Shown piece after piece: positions 9,904 to 19,653 of a DNA stretch of 64,000 nt; positions within the stretch are counted from its first letter, which is position 1, and each line of letters starts with the position of its first letter. A program made the position numbers and the translations under genes. Source of the stretch: an uncultured delta proteobacterium (GTDB taxonomy: Bacteria > Desulfobacterota > Binatia > UBA9968); assembly GCA_963745835.1 (NCBI GenBank), contig CAVUZH010000016.1, forward strand, positions 352,001 to 416,000, written 5' to 3'. The notes under the pieces are model-generated. The model had not been told where the DNA came from. It saw only the letters and a list, made by a program, of their open reading frames with translations, and did no database searches.

Positions 9904-10159
9904 CTATTTCTGCCGTTGCTTGATCCTCTGATTCAAGGACTGCAGAACTCCCGCATCCACGGCAGAAATCACATCCACTGCGGCATCCAGCTCTTCTTCG
10001 GTCATCCCGCTTTCCTTGCGTCCGCAAGGCGGCGCTCCACTCACGGATCGCAAAGCCGCATCATCGCTACGGCCAGGCCCATGAGCATTTTCTCACGCTC
10101 GGTTAAACATTCGACTGCATGGGCATCGCGATAAAATGTGCGAAATCGGCTTTCTTCAT
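9904..10159 (-). CDS. AhpD/carboxymuconolactone decarboxylase-like putative selenoprotein (CxxU), two apparent 1-nt deletions
   Basis: GGAGG SD; LTEREKMLMGLAVAMMRLCDP-TGA(10041-10043)-VERRLADARKA continues in frame, then GMTEEELDAAVDVISAV after a shift in a G run. Confidence 0.75.
10007..10032 (-). promoter_or_regulatory. Putative bacterial SECIS hairpin
   Basis: CCG-CCTTGC-GGAC-GCAAGG-AAAG-CGG; the G-led apical loop begins after 17 nt downstream of the UGA. Confidence 0.6.
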
Positions 10160-10202
10160 TGTCAATAACCTCCCTCAGTGAACCCCGCTCGCCGGCGAAG
10201 CC

Positions 10203-10320
10203 GTTCCAATCGTTCCAGTTGTTCCAAATCGTTCCAATCGTTGAACTCGACGATCCTTCGAGCAGTTGAATCTTAGATCTTTACATTGGAACTTTTGGAA
10301 CGGCTGAAACCATTGGAACC
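10203..10320. repeat. Intergenic palindromic element built from ~9-bp GTTCCAATC-like units
   Basis: About 5 GTTCCA-type units, a spacer, then about 4 TTGGAAC-type units. Confidence 0.7.
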
Positions 10321-10331
10321 AGGTTTCATCG

Positions 10332-11324
10332 TTATTCCGGCTTTACGCCCGTAATCAGCGCATAAGAAAAAGTTCCCTTCACGTGAGCGTGGTCGTCGTG
10401 CGCGTGCCAGGTAAAATAATTTTTCTTCATGCGTTGAGCCAGCTCCGGCGCTTCCTTTTCGAGCTCCAACGCCGCTTCCAGCCAATGACGGCCGGTCGGG
10501 ATTCCGTCCATTCCTTCCTGGTTGAACGAGTAAGACAAAATATTGGTGCGTGGAATACGATAGCCGGCTTTAGACAGCAAACGTTGAATGCTGCTCGCGG
10601 TGTGAAAGCGAAACTCCGGGCCGTGCGTGCGCCGGAAAACCTGATTGATTTTCGCCTCCAGTGCCGCATCCACCGCGTCTTTGGCTTCTTCGATAATTGG
10701 ATCGAGCACAACGAACCTGCCGTTGCCCTTCAGCACTCGCATCACTTCTTTGACCACGCCTGACGGATTGCCGAAGTGATGCAAGCTGAACGAGACAAAC
10801 GCCCGATCGAAGGAATTGGATTTCAACGGCAAAGCATCAGCAGCGCCGCCGCTTTGAAAGTACGAAGATATCGGCTCTTTGTGCTGGTGACCGACATCGA
10901 GCATCGCCAAAGCCTGATCGACACCGACAATGCGACCGGTCTTGATGTGCTTGGAAACCGGCCGGGCGACGCGCCCAGTTCCGGTAGCCAAGTCGAGCAC
11001 CCATTCGTTACCGCTAAGGGCTAGCATCTCGATCATCTTGATCGTCAACGAACCGCGGATCCCCTCCATGGTAGAACGGCGGTCAAATTCCGCCGCGTGC
11101 GCCGGATCGTGGAAGCGGGTCTTATGATCGTGCCCATGGCTGTGACCGTGCTCGTGGGAATGACCGCGATCGTGAGAGTGCTCGTGATCATGTGAGTGAC
11201 CATGATCCGAGTGATCGTGTGCGCGATGCTGACCGTGGGAATGATCGTGCTGATCCTCGTGTTTATGATCGCCTTGATGATGATCGTGATCGTGTCGGTG
11301 GTCGTGTTTGTCTTGTTCCGCCAT
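10332..11324 (-). CDS. Class I SAM-dependent methyltransferase (UbiE-like) with long His-rich N-terminus
   Basis: VLDLATGTG motif I, ADALPL..FD, LHHF; about 27 His in about 60 N-terminal residues. Confidence 0.85.
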   Translation of the reverse strand: MAEQDKHDHRHDHDHHQGDHKHEDQHDHSHGQHRAHDHSDHGHSHDHEHSHDRGHSHEHGHSHGHDHKTRFHDPAHAAEFDRRSTMEGIRGSLTIKMIEMLALSGNEWVLDLATGTGRVARPVSKHIKTGRIVGVDQALAMLDVGHQHKEPISSYFQSGGAADALPLKSNSFDRAFVSFSLHHFGNPSGVVKEVMRVLKGNGRFVVLDPIIEEAKDAVDAALEAKINQVFRRTHGPEFRFHTASSIQRLLSKAGYRIPRTNILSYSFNQEGMDGIPTGRHWLEAALELEKEAPELAQRMKKNYFTWHAHDDHAHVKGTFSYALITGVKPE

Positions 11325-11380
11325 TGTGTTAGTTCCTATTTTCTTGTCCGTACTGTTGCCTGGTGCCTGTCGCCTCGTGC

Positions 11381-11794
11381 CTATTTGCTCTTGGCCATTC
11401 CTTCCATGATTTCCCACTGCTCGTCCGTCACCTTCATGATCGACAAACGGGAGTTTCGCACCAGATCGAAATTCTTTAACTTCGGATGCGCTTTCACCTC
11501 GGCGAGAGTGACAGGTTTCGCTAGCGGCTTCCCTGCTTCGACATCGACCACCAGCAGCTTTGGATCGTTTTTACTGGGATCCGGATAGGCGCCGCCCAAG
11601 GCTTTTGCCACACCAACCGCCGCCTTTTCATCCCCGGTGTGATAGATGAAAATCAAATCGCCTTTTTTGATATCTCGGAGATTCTTCAACGCTAAATTGT
11701 TGGCCACCCCGTCCCAAACCGTTTTTTTGTCTTTCTGCAATTGTTGAAACGAATAAACGCTTGGCTCTGTCTTGAACAACCAGTGATTTGGCAT
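11381..11794 (-). CDS. EVE domain protein
   Basis: WLFKTEP, WDGVAN, GDLIFIYHTG, RLSIMKV; GGAGGAGG SD. Confidence 0.9.
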   Translation of the reverse strand: MPNHWLFKTEPSVYSFQQLQKDKKTVWDGVANNLALKNLRDIKKGDLIFIYHTGDEKAAVGVAKALGGAYPDPSKNDPKLLVVDVEAGKPLAKPVTLAEVKAHPKLKNFDLVRNSRLSIMKVTDEQWEIMEGMAKSK

Positions 11795-12019
11795 TGAACT
11801 CCTCCTCCATGGATTTATAGAACAGCAGATGGCTCCAATACAAACAGGCACATGACATTCGCGACAGAACGCGAAACCATGGCCACGGCTCCATCTCACT
11901 ATTGTTTTTTGGTTCTCAGCCCGATGAAGTTTAAAGCTACGCCCTCCGTGCTGCGCTTCACGAATCCATCCATAGTCTCGAAAATTGCGCCGCATCCATT
12001 AAGATGATACTTCCAATCC

Positions 12020-13627
12020 ATGCCTAGTTTCGTTGATTTCTGCGCTGAGTATTTCGAAAAATACTTCCGTCTTCATCCCGCTGAAGCGATCTACTACGGC
12101 GTGACCGGTTACGATCATCTGTTGAACGATTATTCCGATGAGACCTACGCCGCGCAGAAGAGGCTGGTTAATGATTCGCTGGAGACCTTGCGGCAGATAT
12201 CAATCAAAGATTTGAATGCCGATCAGGCCATTGATTACGCTCTCCTGGACGGGCGCTTGAGCATCCAAAAGTATGAGCAGGAGAGAGAGGATTACCGGCT
12301 GAAGTGGCCCGATCACTATCTTGCTACAGATGCCATCTATATCCTGACAGTCCGGGAAACCGATGATCTCGAAAAAAATCTTTTAAGCCGTCTGCAGGGC
12401 ACGGCCGATTTGGTCCGTCAGGGAATCAGCAATCTAAGCCGGCCGGAAGCCAATCCGCCTCGGCTGTGGACCGAAATGTCCATTCAAGCGGCTAAAGGGG
12501 GCAGTACCTTTCTGGAAACGCTGCCCAGCCATCCGAAAGTTCAGGCAACCATCAAAGATAGCGCAACACTTCGAGCTGCGATTGAGCGGGCAAAGAGCGC
12601 AATCGATGATTATGCGGGTTTTCTGACGGGGGATCTTCTGCCCCGCAGCCGCGGCGTTTACGCCGTCGGAAAAGAGCATTACAACTTGCTGCTCAGGAAA
12701 AAACACTTTCTCGATCTGGACGCGCAGGCGCTTCTCACTTTGGGTGAAAATCTTTTCTCTCAAACCCGGCAGGAGCTGCTGGCGCTCTCCGAGGAGGTGG
12801 CGCCGGGTAAAGGCATCGAGGAGGTGGCGCGAAAGATTCAGGATGACCATCCGAAAAGCGAGGAGATCCTTACGGCTTATCAGAAAGCCATGGAGTCTGC
12901 CCGACAGTTCGTCAAAGATAAAAGCCTGGTCTCTTTTCCGCCCAGAGAAGAACTGCACGTGGTCCACACCCCGGAGTTTCGCCGCCACGAAATTCCCTTT
13001 GCCGCGTATCTCTCGCCATCGCCCAAAGACCCCAACCAGGTCGGCTACTACTACGTCACACCTGTCACCGATGACGATCTCTTACGTGAGCATAACTGGG
13101 TGGGCCTCGAGAATACCTCGGTCCATGAAAGCTATCCCGGTCATCATCTTCAATTCTCGGTCGCCAATTCAATACCGGCAGCATCGACCTTGCCGCGGCT
13201 CATGAACGAGTCCTCGGTTTTCTACGAGGGATGGGCGCTGTATTGCGAGCAACTCATGCAAGAGCAAGGTTTTTTAAAGAGCAGGGAACATCGGTTTGTT
13301 ATGCTCAAGGATCGGCTATGGCGTGCGTTGCGCATTATCATCGATGTCAAAACACAAACCGGCAAAATGACTTACGAGGAAGCGGCGGACTTGATGGTGC
13401 GCGAGCTGCATTTCCCGCGCGCGCAGGCCTGCGGTGATCTCAACTGGTACAGCCAATCGCCGGCGGTTCCGATGGGCTATGCTTTGGGTTGGTCGATCAT
13501 CAATCGCATGCGCCAGCAAGAGACCACACGACTTGGCGCCAAGTTCGACTTGCGCAATTTCCACGATCGCCTGCTCGGCGCCGGCAGTATTTCCCTGCCG
13601 CTGGTAGAACGAAGACACTTCACGTGA
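12020..13627 (+). CDS. DUF885 family protein (putative metallopeptidase)
   Basis: HESYPGHHLQ, EGWALYCE, LWRALRIIID, FDLRNFHDRLL. Confidence 0.88.
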   Translation: MPSFVDFCAEYFEKYFRLHPAEAIYYGVTGYDHLLNDYSDETYAAQKRLVNDSLETLRQISIKDLNADQAIDYALLDGRLSIQKYEQEREDYRLKWPDHYLATDAIYILTVRETDDLEKNLLSRLQGTADLVRQGISNLSRPEANPPRLWTEMSIQAAKGGSTFLETLPSHPKVQATIKDSATLRAAIERAKSAIDDYAGFLTGDLLPRSRGVYAVGKEHYNLLLRKKHFLDLDAQALLTLGENLFSQTRQELLALSEEVAPGKGIEEVARKIQDDHPKSEEILTAYQKAMESARQFVKDKSLVSFPPREELHVVHTPEFRRHEIPFAAYLSPSPKDPNQVGYYYVTPVTDDDLLREHNWVGLENTSVHESYPGHHLQFSVANSIPAASTLPRLMNESSVFYEGWALYCEQLMQEQGFLKSREHRFVMLKDRLWRALRIIIDVKTQTGKMTYEEAADLMVRELHFPRAQACGDLNWYSQSPAVPMGYALGWSIINRMRQQETTRLGAKFDLRNFHDRLLGAGSISLPLVERRHFT

Positions 13628-13640
13628 TTATCCTCAATGT

Positions 13641-13727
13641 TTGGAACATCTTGAACGATTGGAACGGCTGCAATCGTGTCGCGCCACGAATTCGTTCCAC
13701 TCGTTTCAATTATTCCAGATGTTCCAA
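13641..13727. repeat. Second palindromic element of GTTCCA/TTGGAAC 9-bp units
   Basis: TTGGAACATC...GATGTTCCAA terminal inverted repeat; shares TTGGAACGGCTG with the 10.3 kb element. Confidence 0.65.
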
Positions 13728-14680
13728 TGGTTACTAAGACGAAAACGAAACCGCGCCGTCCGTTACTCGGCGCTCATATGTCGATTGCCGGCGGCGTCGG
13801 CAACGCGCTGCTGCTCGGCGCGAAAGTTCAATGCGATGCGATTCAGATCTTTACCAAGTCGTCACGGCAGTGGGCCGGTAAGCCTTACACGCAGGAAGAG
13901 ATTACACAGTATCGCGAGAATCAGAAAACAACCGGGATCAAGAAGGTCATCGCCCACGACTCTTATCTATTGAATCTTGGCTCGCCCGACGGCGTGTTGC
14001 GGCAGCGTTCCATTTTGGCCTTCATCGATGAGATGGAGCGTTGCGAGACATTGGGCATTTCGAATCTGATCGCCCATCCCGGTTCCCACGTCGGCTCGGG
14101 AGAAGACCAAGGCCTTAAGACCATCGCCAGTTCTCTCAATGAAGTGCACCAGGCTTGCCCCGGCTACAAGGTGAACGTGACCCTGGAGATCACAGCGGGC
14201 CAGGGATCGAATCTCGGCTATCGTTTCGAGCACATCGTTAGAATGTTCGATGCCACCCGAGAAAACGAGCGCCTGCGGGTGTGCTTTGATACCGAGCATG
14301 CTTTTGCCGCAGGCTACGATATTCGAACAAGAGAGGGCTACGAACGAACATTCACGGAATTCGACGAAACCATCGGTATCGAACGGCTGGCCGCGTTTCA
14401 TCTCAACGATTCGAAAAAAGAATTTAACTCGCGGGTCGATCGGCACGAGCATATCGGCAAAGGCCACATCGGCGTGGAGGCTTTTCGATTGCTGATGAAC
14501 GATAAGCGCTTTTGGGGTGTGCCTATGTGTCTCGAAACACCGAAAGGGCTGGATTTGGCGGAAGACCGCGAAAACTTAGGTTTGCTTCGCAGCCTATTTA
14601 TCCCGAGTTCGGTCGTTCAAAGCGATACCGCGCTACTGGCGAGCGCGGCGGAGCGAACGCAACCCAGCGGTCCCGTCTAG
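13727..14680 (+). CDS. nfo: Endonuclease IV
   Basis: LGAHMSIAGG, HDSYLLNL, HPGSH, LEITAGQG, CFDTEH, HLNDSK, DRHEHIG, LETPK. Confidence 0.95.
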   Translation: MVTKTKTKPRRPLLGAHMSIAGGVGNALLLGAKVQCDAIQIFTKSSRQWAGKPYTQEEITQYRENQKTTGIKKVIAHDSYLLNLGSPDGVLRQRSILAFIDEMERCETLGISNLIAHPGSHVGSGEDQGLKTIASSLNEVHQACPGYKVNVTLEITAGQGSNLGYRFEHIVRMFDATRENERLRVCFDTEHAFAAGYDIRTREGYERTFTEFDETIGIERLAAFHLNDSKKEFNSRVDRHEHIGKGHIGVEAFRLLMNDKRFWGVPMCLETPKGLDLAEDRENLGLLRSLFIPSSVVQSDTALLASAAERTQPSGPV

Positions 14681-14823
14681 AGATCTGCAATCTCCCCGGT
14701 TGGTGCACACTGAAGTCCCGGCAAAAGTATCAGCCCTGATCCAACACCGTAAAGACCGTTGGAATTTGGTTTCTATCTTGGCTCAGGTGCAGGAATACTT
14801 ACGGTGAACTTTGAGGCAGAAGC

Positions 14824-15555
14824 TTATGCCGGAGGAATCTCAACTCCGGGAAAGAAGTACTGCACAACCAAGCCGATCAGATATCCCGCCCCGGCGGCGC
14901 CGACCGCCACCAGGAAAAATTCCAGACCGCCGAGTGTGAGTGACTTACCCGCGAGTTTCCCCTTTAATGCGCCGACGCCAAAAAGTGTTATGCCACCAAG
15001 CAGAGCCGAAATATAAAAGGCCGTCAGGCCCGATGCGATCATGTAAGGAATAATCGGCACGATCGCGCCGACAATAAAGGACAGGCCCATCACCAGCGCA
15101 GCCTGCACCGGCTGATTGATTTCAGCACTGCCCAGCCCGAAGACTTTTTCCTGGAAGGTCCGCATAAAGACGTTACGCTCTTGGCTGAGAACCTTCACCA
15201 TCCGGTAGCTCTGTTCCTTGCTTAGACCCTCTTCGCCCAGCGCTCTCAGTAGTCCTTCAGCCGCCATATAGGGCTCTCGTTCAGCCAGCGCTTCGGCCTC
15301 GCGCAACTCCTTGTCGAATATTTCCTTCTGCGCGGCGGACGAGAGATAGGAGCCCGCGGCCATCGAAATCGCGCCCGAAAACATCGCGGTAAATCCCGCT
15401 ATGATGACCACCAACCGGTTCTCGGTGGCGCCGTGAATACCGGCCAGGAGACCCACCGTGCTGATCAACCCATCTTGTATGCCGAAAACAAATTCACGAA
15501 TGCGCGCGCGGCTTTCAATAACCTGTTTCTTCTGCTGTATAACTTCCAGGACCAT
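14824..15555 (-). CDS. VIT1/CCC1 family Fe/Mn transporter
   Basis: VFGIQDGL, GAISMAAGSYLS, GAIVPIIPY. Confidence 0.9.
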   Translation of the reverse strand: MVLEVIQQKKQVIESRARIREFVFGIQDGLISTVGLLAGIHGATENRLVVIIAGFTAMFSGAISMAAGSYLSSAAQKEIFDKELREAEALAEREPYMAAEGLLRALGEEGLSKEQSYRMVKVLSQERNVFMRTFQEKVFGLGSAEINQPVQAALVMGLSFIVGAIVPIIPYMIASGLTAFYISALLGGITLFGVGALKGKLAGKSLTLGGLEFFLVAVGAAGAGYLIGLVVQYFFPGVEIPPA

Positions 15556-15648
15556 GGGGAATTAGCACTGATTCAAATCAGAATCTGCATTGTCATAACC
15601 AGAAAAGAGCGAGCAGAACGAGCGCCAATCTGGAAACATGGAGCCAGC

Positions 15649-16182
15649 TCAATATTTGCGGTCGAGACCGCCGGTGGCCTCGCCAGGCTTCCATTCCGAC
15701 GGGCAAAGGCGCTCGGTGCGCAGCGCTTTGAGAACGCGCAGAGTTTCCTCGACGCTGCGCCCGACATTTACGTGGCTAATTACCAGGTAACTCACCTCGC
15801 CATTGGGATTAATGATGAAAGTAGCTCTTAACGGGACTCCCTCCCTCTCATCGAGAACGCCGTAGGCTCGGCTCAAAGTTTTCTCTTCGTCGCTAAGCAG
15901 GGGATAATCGATGCCGCCCAGTTCATCCGCCCAGGAACGATGGCTATCCAGAGAATCAACGCTGACGCCAAGAATTTCGGCCTCTTGGGCGGCAAATTCC
16001 TTGGCCAGCTTGCTGAAGCCAACGACCTCGGTTGGACAGATAAAGGTAAAATCGGCCGGGTAAAAAAATAACACGAGCCATTTGCCCGTATAGCGAGATA
16101 GGGAGTACTCCGAGACTCTGTTCTGGTGCACTCCTTTAACGGCGAAATCCGGCGCTTTATCGCCGAGTCTCACTAGACTCAT
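15649..16182 (-). CDS. ahpC: 2-Cys peroxiredoxin (AhpC/Prx1 type)
   Basis: FYPADFTFICPTE, GRSVEETLR, LCPSEW. Confidence 0.9.
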   Translation of the reverse strand: MSLVRLGDKAPDFAVKGVHQNRVSEYSLSRYTGKWLVLFFYPADFTFICPTEVVGFSKLAKEFAAQEAEILGVSVDSLDSHRSWADELGGIDYPLLSDEEKTLSRAYGVLDEREGVPLRATFIINPNGEVSYLVISHVNVGRSVEETLRVLKALRTERLCPSEWKPGEATGGLDRKY

Positions 16183-16206
16183 TTTTGCTCCTCGCGGCTA
16201 CCCTGT

Positions 16207-16887
16207 CTAAGGAATATTCTGCCAAAGCGAAAAGGTATCTTTCTCTCGGCTCGGGTTCGAAATAAACCAACGCTCATCGATCTGTCCTGCTTTCAACACT
16301 CCGAAAAAGAAAATCCGCAGCATCTGCTCGATCAACTGAGGCAACGGCAAATCGCGCTTGGCTTGATACCAGGTATAGGTCCAGTTCATCATGCCAAAAA
16401 GAGAAAAGGTCGCGACCCGCAAGTCCACTCCTTTGCCACCTTCTTGCTGCTGCCATTCCTCAACCAGATCCATAAGAACCTTTACGTAACGGCGCTTGAG
16501 CACCAGAATCTTATCGGCGAACTCGCCGTTCAATGACTCGTCTTCGTGCGCCATCACTTTCATCTCGTGCGTGTTATGCCAGAAAAAGCTCAGGTGATTT
16601 GCGGCGAAGAGTCCAATGCGAGCGCGCACATCCATCTCCGCGCCGGAAGCTTGTTCCCAGCGCTGTAACAGAGTCAGAAAACAGCGCTCCTGGATCAGGT
16701 AAAGGAGCTCCTCCTTGGTCGTAAAGTAATAGTAGAGACCCGCCAAACTCATCTTTGTGGCGCGCGAGATGTCGCGCACCGAGGTGCGATGAAAGCCTTT
16801 TTCGGCAAAGATTTTCGCTGACGTTTTAAGGATGTGTTGCAGCTTTTCATCGTAGTGACGGGTAGCGGGCTCCAAGCGGCTGGACAT
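16207..16887 (-). CDS. TetR family regulator, divergent from the acyl-CoA catabolic genes
   Basis: IFAEKGFHRTSVRDI..LYYYFTTKEELL HTH; GMMNWTYTWY C-terminus. Confidence 0.9.
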   Translation of the reverse strand: MSSRLEPATRHYDEKLQHILKTSAKIFAEKGFHRTSVRDISRATKMSLAGLYYYFTTKEELLYLIQERCFLTLLQRWEQASGAEMDVRARIGLFAANHLSFFWHNTHEMKVMAHEDESLNGEFADKILVLKRRYVKVLMDLVEEWQQQEGGKGVDLRVATFSLFGMMNWTYTWYQAKRDLPLPQLIEQMLRIFFFGVLKAGQIDERWFISNPSREKDTFSLWQNIP

Positions 16888-17163
16888 AAGGCAACGATAC
16901 TTGCAAATCGCCGGAGACCTGTCAATTGAGCTGGTTAGCGATAGCCCCGGAACGCAGCCTGGTGGAAACCGCGCCGCGCCGCAATTCGTCGTCATTGATT
17001 AAGGCGGCCGAAAACTTCTCAGGAGGCGCGATAATCTATACGCTGATAGGGCTTGGCGCACATCAACAGTTGGCTGTTTTCGCAGCTGTTCCAATGGGAG
17101 CGGCGCGGATCGTTTCTTGAATCGACTTAGGCCATGGTGTATGTCTTAAAGTTCAAGCTACTC

Positions 17164-17937
17164 ATGGACTTCGAGAACGTCACCGTTGAAATCGATGGGG
17201 TCATTGCCGTTGTAACTTTGAATCGGCCTCAACAGCTCAATTCGCTCTCCTATGATCTGGTCAAAGACTTATCCTTGGCAATGCAGGCCCTGGATGAGGA
17301 TGAAGCCATTCGAGTTATCATTCTCACCGGTGGAGAAAAAGTATTCGCGGCCGGCGCAGACATCAAAGAGATGGCCGAGCTCGGCCCCTTCGCCGAGCGG
17401 GTGCAAGGACGTCTCGCATATCGGGATAAGATCAATAAGATATCAAAGCCCGTCATTGCCGCTGTCAGCGGCTTCGCCCTGGGCGGCGGTTGTGAGTTGG
17501 CCATGAGCTGCGACATCATCGTCGCTTCCGAAACGGCGCGCTTCGGTCAACCGGAAGTAAATTTAGCGATCATCCCCGGCAGCGGGGGCACTCAGCGGCT
17601 GACTCATTTAATCGGCAAACACCGCGCCATGGAACTGGTGCTCACCGGAGACATCATCGGCGCCGCCGAAGCTGAACGTATCGGCTTGGTCAATCGGGTG
17701 ATTCCGGTCGAATTGATGCTTGAAGAGGCAAAGAATATCGCCATGAAGATCGCCGCTAAGCCAGTATTGGCGATCACAGCAGCGAAAGAGGCCGTGCTCA
17801 AAGCGGCCAACACCGCGCTCGACGAAGGTCTCGACTTCGAACGAAAATCCTTTTATATGCTGCTCGCGTCCGAAGACCGCAAGGAAGGCATGAAGGCGTT
17901 TCTGGAAAAGCGCAAACCCCAATACAAAGGCAGATAA
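17164..17937 (+). CDS. paaF: Enoyl-CoA hydratase (PaaF-like)
   Basis: FAAGADIKEM, ALGGGCELA, FGQPE, PGSGGTQRL. Confidence 0.85.
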   Translation: MDFENVTVEIDGVIAVVTLNRPQQLNSLSYDLVKDLSLAMQALDEDEAIRVIILTGGEKVFAAGADIKEMAELGPFAERVQGRLAYRDKINKISKPVIAAVSGFALGGGCELAMSCDIIVASETARFGQPEVNLAIIPGSGGTQRLTHLIGKHRAMELVLTGDIIGAAEAERIGLVNRVIPVELMLEEAKNIAMKIAAKPVLAITAAKEAVLKAANTALDEGLDFERKSFYMLLASEDRKEGMKAFLEKRKPQYKGR

Positions 17938-17952
17938 GGCGACTCACCTCTG

Positions 17953-18732
17953 TTGGCTTACGAAACGATCATTTACGAAAAGGAAAGCGGCGTTGCGACG
18001 ATTACGCTCAATCGTCCCCAGGCGCTTAATGCGTTCGTGCCGCAAATGAATCAGGAAATCATGGACGCGCTCAAAAGCGGCGAACGCGACCAAGACGTGC
18101 GTTGTTTCTTGATCACTGGGGCTGGCCGTGCTTTTTGCGCCGGACAAGATCTAAAGGGACGAACCCCGGATCAGAAGGGATCGTTGGGCGCTTCGTTGCG
18201 GGAAAAATATAATCCGATGATCCGGCAAATCCGCCAGATGGAAAAGATCGTCATCGCCGCGGTCAACGGGGTCGCGGCCGGAGCGGGTTGCAACTTTGCT
18301 TTGGCCTGCGACCTGCGCGTCGCTTCGGAGGAGGCGAAATTTATTCAATCCTTCGTGCGCGTCGGCCTGGCCCCGGATTCCGGCGGCAGCTTCATCCTGC
18401 CCCGGCTGGTCGGCCTTAGCAAAGCCATGGAGCTACTGCTTCTGGGCGAGACAGTCGATGCTCACGAGGCCCAACGGATCGGGCTGGTCGCCAAAGTATT
18501 TCCGACCGCTGAGTTTGCCGATTCAGCCAGGAAATTAGCTGGGAGAGTTGCCGCCGCGCCGCGCGGCATCGGCCTGATCAAAAGAGCGGTGAATCATGCC
18601 AATTTGCCAACTCTTGAAGCCGATCTCGAGTATGAAGCCTGCTTGCAGGAAATCGCCGGGCGAAGCTCCGACTACGATGAAGGCGTACGCGCGTTCTTGG
18701 AGAAACGCGCGCCGACGTTTACGGGAAAATAA
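17953..18732 (+). CDS. paaG: Crotonase-family isomerase (PaaG-like)
   Basis: FCAGQDL, YNPMIR, AAGAGCNFALACD, GLAPDSGGS. Confidence 0.8.
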   Translation: MAYETIIYEKESGVATITLNRPQALNAFVPQMNQEIMDALKSGERDQDVRCFLITGAGRAFCAGQDLKGRTPDQKGSLGASLREKYNPMIRQIRQMEKIVIAAVNGVAAGAGCNFALACDLRVASEEAKFIQSFVRVGLAPDSGGSFILPRLVGLSKAMELLLLGETVDAHEAQRIGLVAKVFPTAEFADSARKLAGRVAAAPRGIGLIKRAVNHANLPTLEADLEYEACLQEIAGRSSDYDEGVRAFLEKRAPTFTGK

Positions 18733-18786
18733 ATCTTCTGTGCGGCCGGGTGAGCGGTTCCAAGCCGCACTGAATTATCAAAGCGC

Positions 18787-19653
18787 ATGACCAATCCAAC
18801 AGAAAAGATTGCCGTGCTCGGCGCTGGGACTATGGGGGCCGGGATCGCACAGGTCGCGGCGCAAGCAGGATTCGACACTCTGCTGTATGACATTAAACAG
18901 GACTTCATCGAAACCGGCCTGGGTCGTATTCGCGGCTTTTTAAAGGGTAGCCGCGAGCGCGGAAAACTTTCTGCGGAGCAGGAGCAGGAGATTCTCGATC
19001 GCTTGCGCAGCACTACTCAGCTTGAGGACTGTCAAGGAGCCGCGCTGGTGATTGAGGCCGCGCCGGAAAAGTTGGAACTCAAGCGCGACATCTTTAAACA
19101 GCTCGATTCGATTTGCGGCCCGGAAACGCTCCTGGCAAGCAACACATCTTCGTTTAACGTCACCGCTATTGCGGCAAACACGCAGCATCAGGAGCGAGTG
19201 CTGGGTCTGCACTTTTTTAATCCGCCACCGCTCATGGCATTGGTCGAAGTCGTGCAAGGGGATCGGACCAGCCCGGCTGTCATCGATAAGGCCACGGATT
19301 TAATGCGCCGCATGGGCAAGACGCCGGCGCGCGCGAAAGACACGCCCGGCTTCATCGTCAATCGCATTGCCCGCCCATTTTACAACGAAGCATTGCGTGT
19401 CCTTGGCGATGGCGATGCCTCGGTGGAGACTATCGATCGCGTGATGAAGGAGGCGGGCAATTTTCGCATGGGGCCTTTCGAGCTGATGGATTTGATCGGC
19501 AATGACATCAACTTTGCCGCCACTGACTCGCTCTATCAATCATTTTTCCACGATCCTAGATTTCGTCCGAGCCCAATCCAGCAGCGTATGGTGATGGGCG
19601 GCAACTTGGGCCGCAAGACCGGCCGAGGGTTCTATGTCTACGACAAAAAGTAG
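18787..19653 (+). CDS. paaH: 3-hydroxyacyl-CoA dehydrogenase (PaaH N-terminal-like)
   Basis: [45 protein letters not shown]. Confidence 0.88.
   Translation: MTNPTEKIAVLGAGTMGAGIAQVAAQAGFDTLLYDIKQDFIETGLGRIRGFLKGSRERGKLSAEQEQEILDRLRSTTQLEDCQGAALVIEAAPEKLELKRDIFKQLDSICGPETLLASNTSSFNVTAIAANTQHQERVLGLHFFNPPPLMALVEVVQGDRTSPAVIDKATDLMRRMGKTPARAKDTPGFIVNRIARPFYNEALRVLGDGDASVETIDRVMKEAGNFRMGPFELMDLIGNDINFAATDSLYQSFFHDPRFRPSPIQQRMVMGGNLGRKTGRGFYVYDKK

Noticed and set aside
16905-17030. GGAGA..GCCGAA..CTCAGG fragments reminiscent of a glycine riboswitch
   Set aside because: Spacing and pairing do not fit the aptamer, and flanking genes are unrelated to glycine
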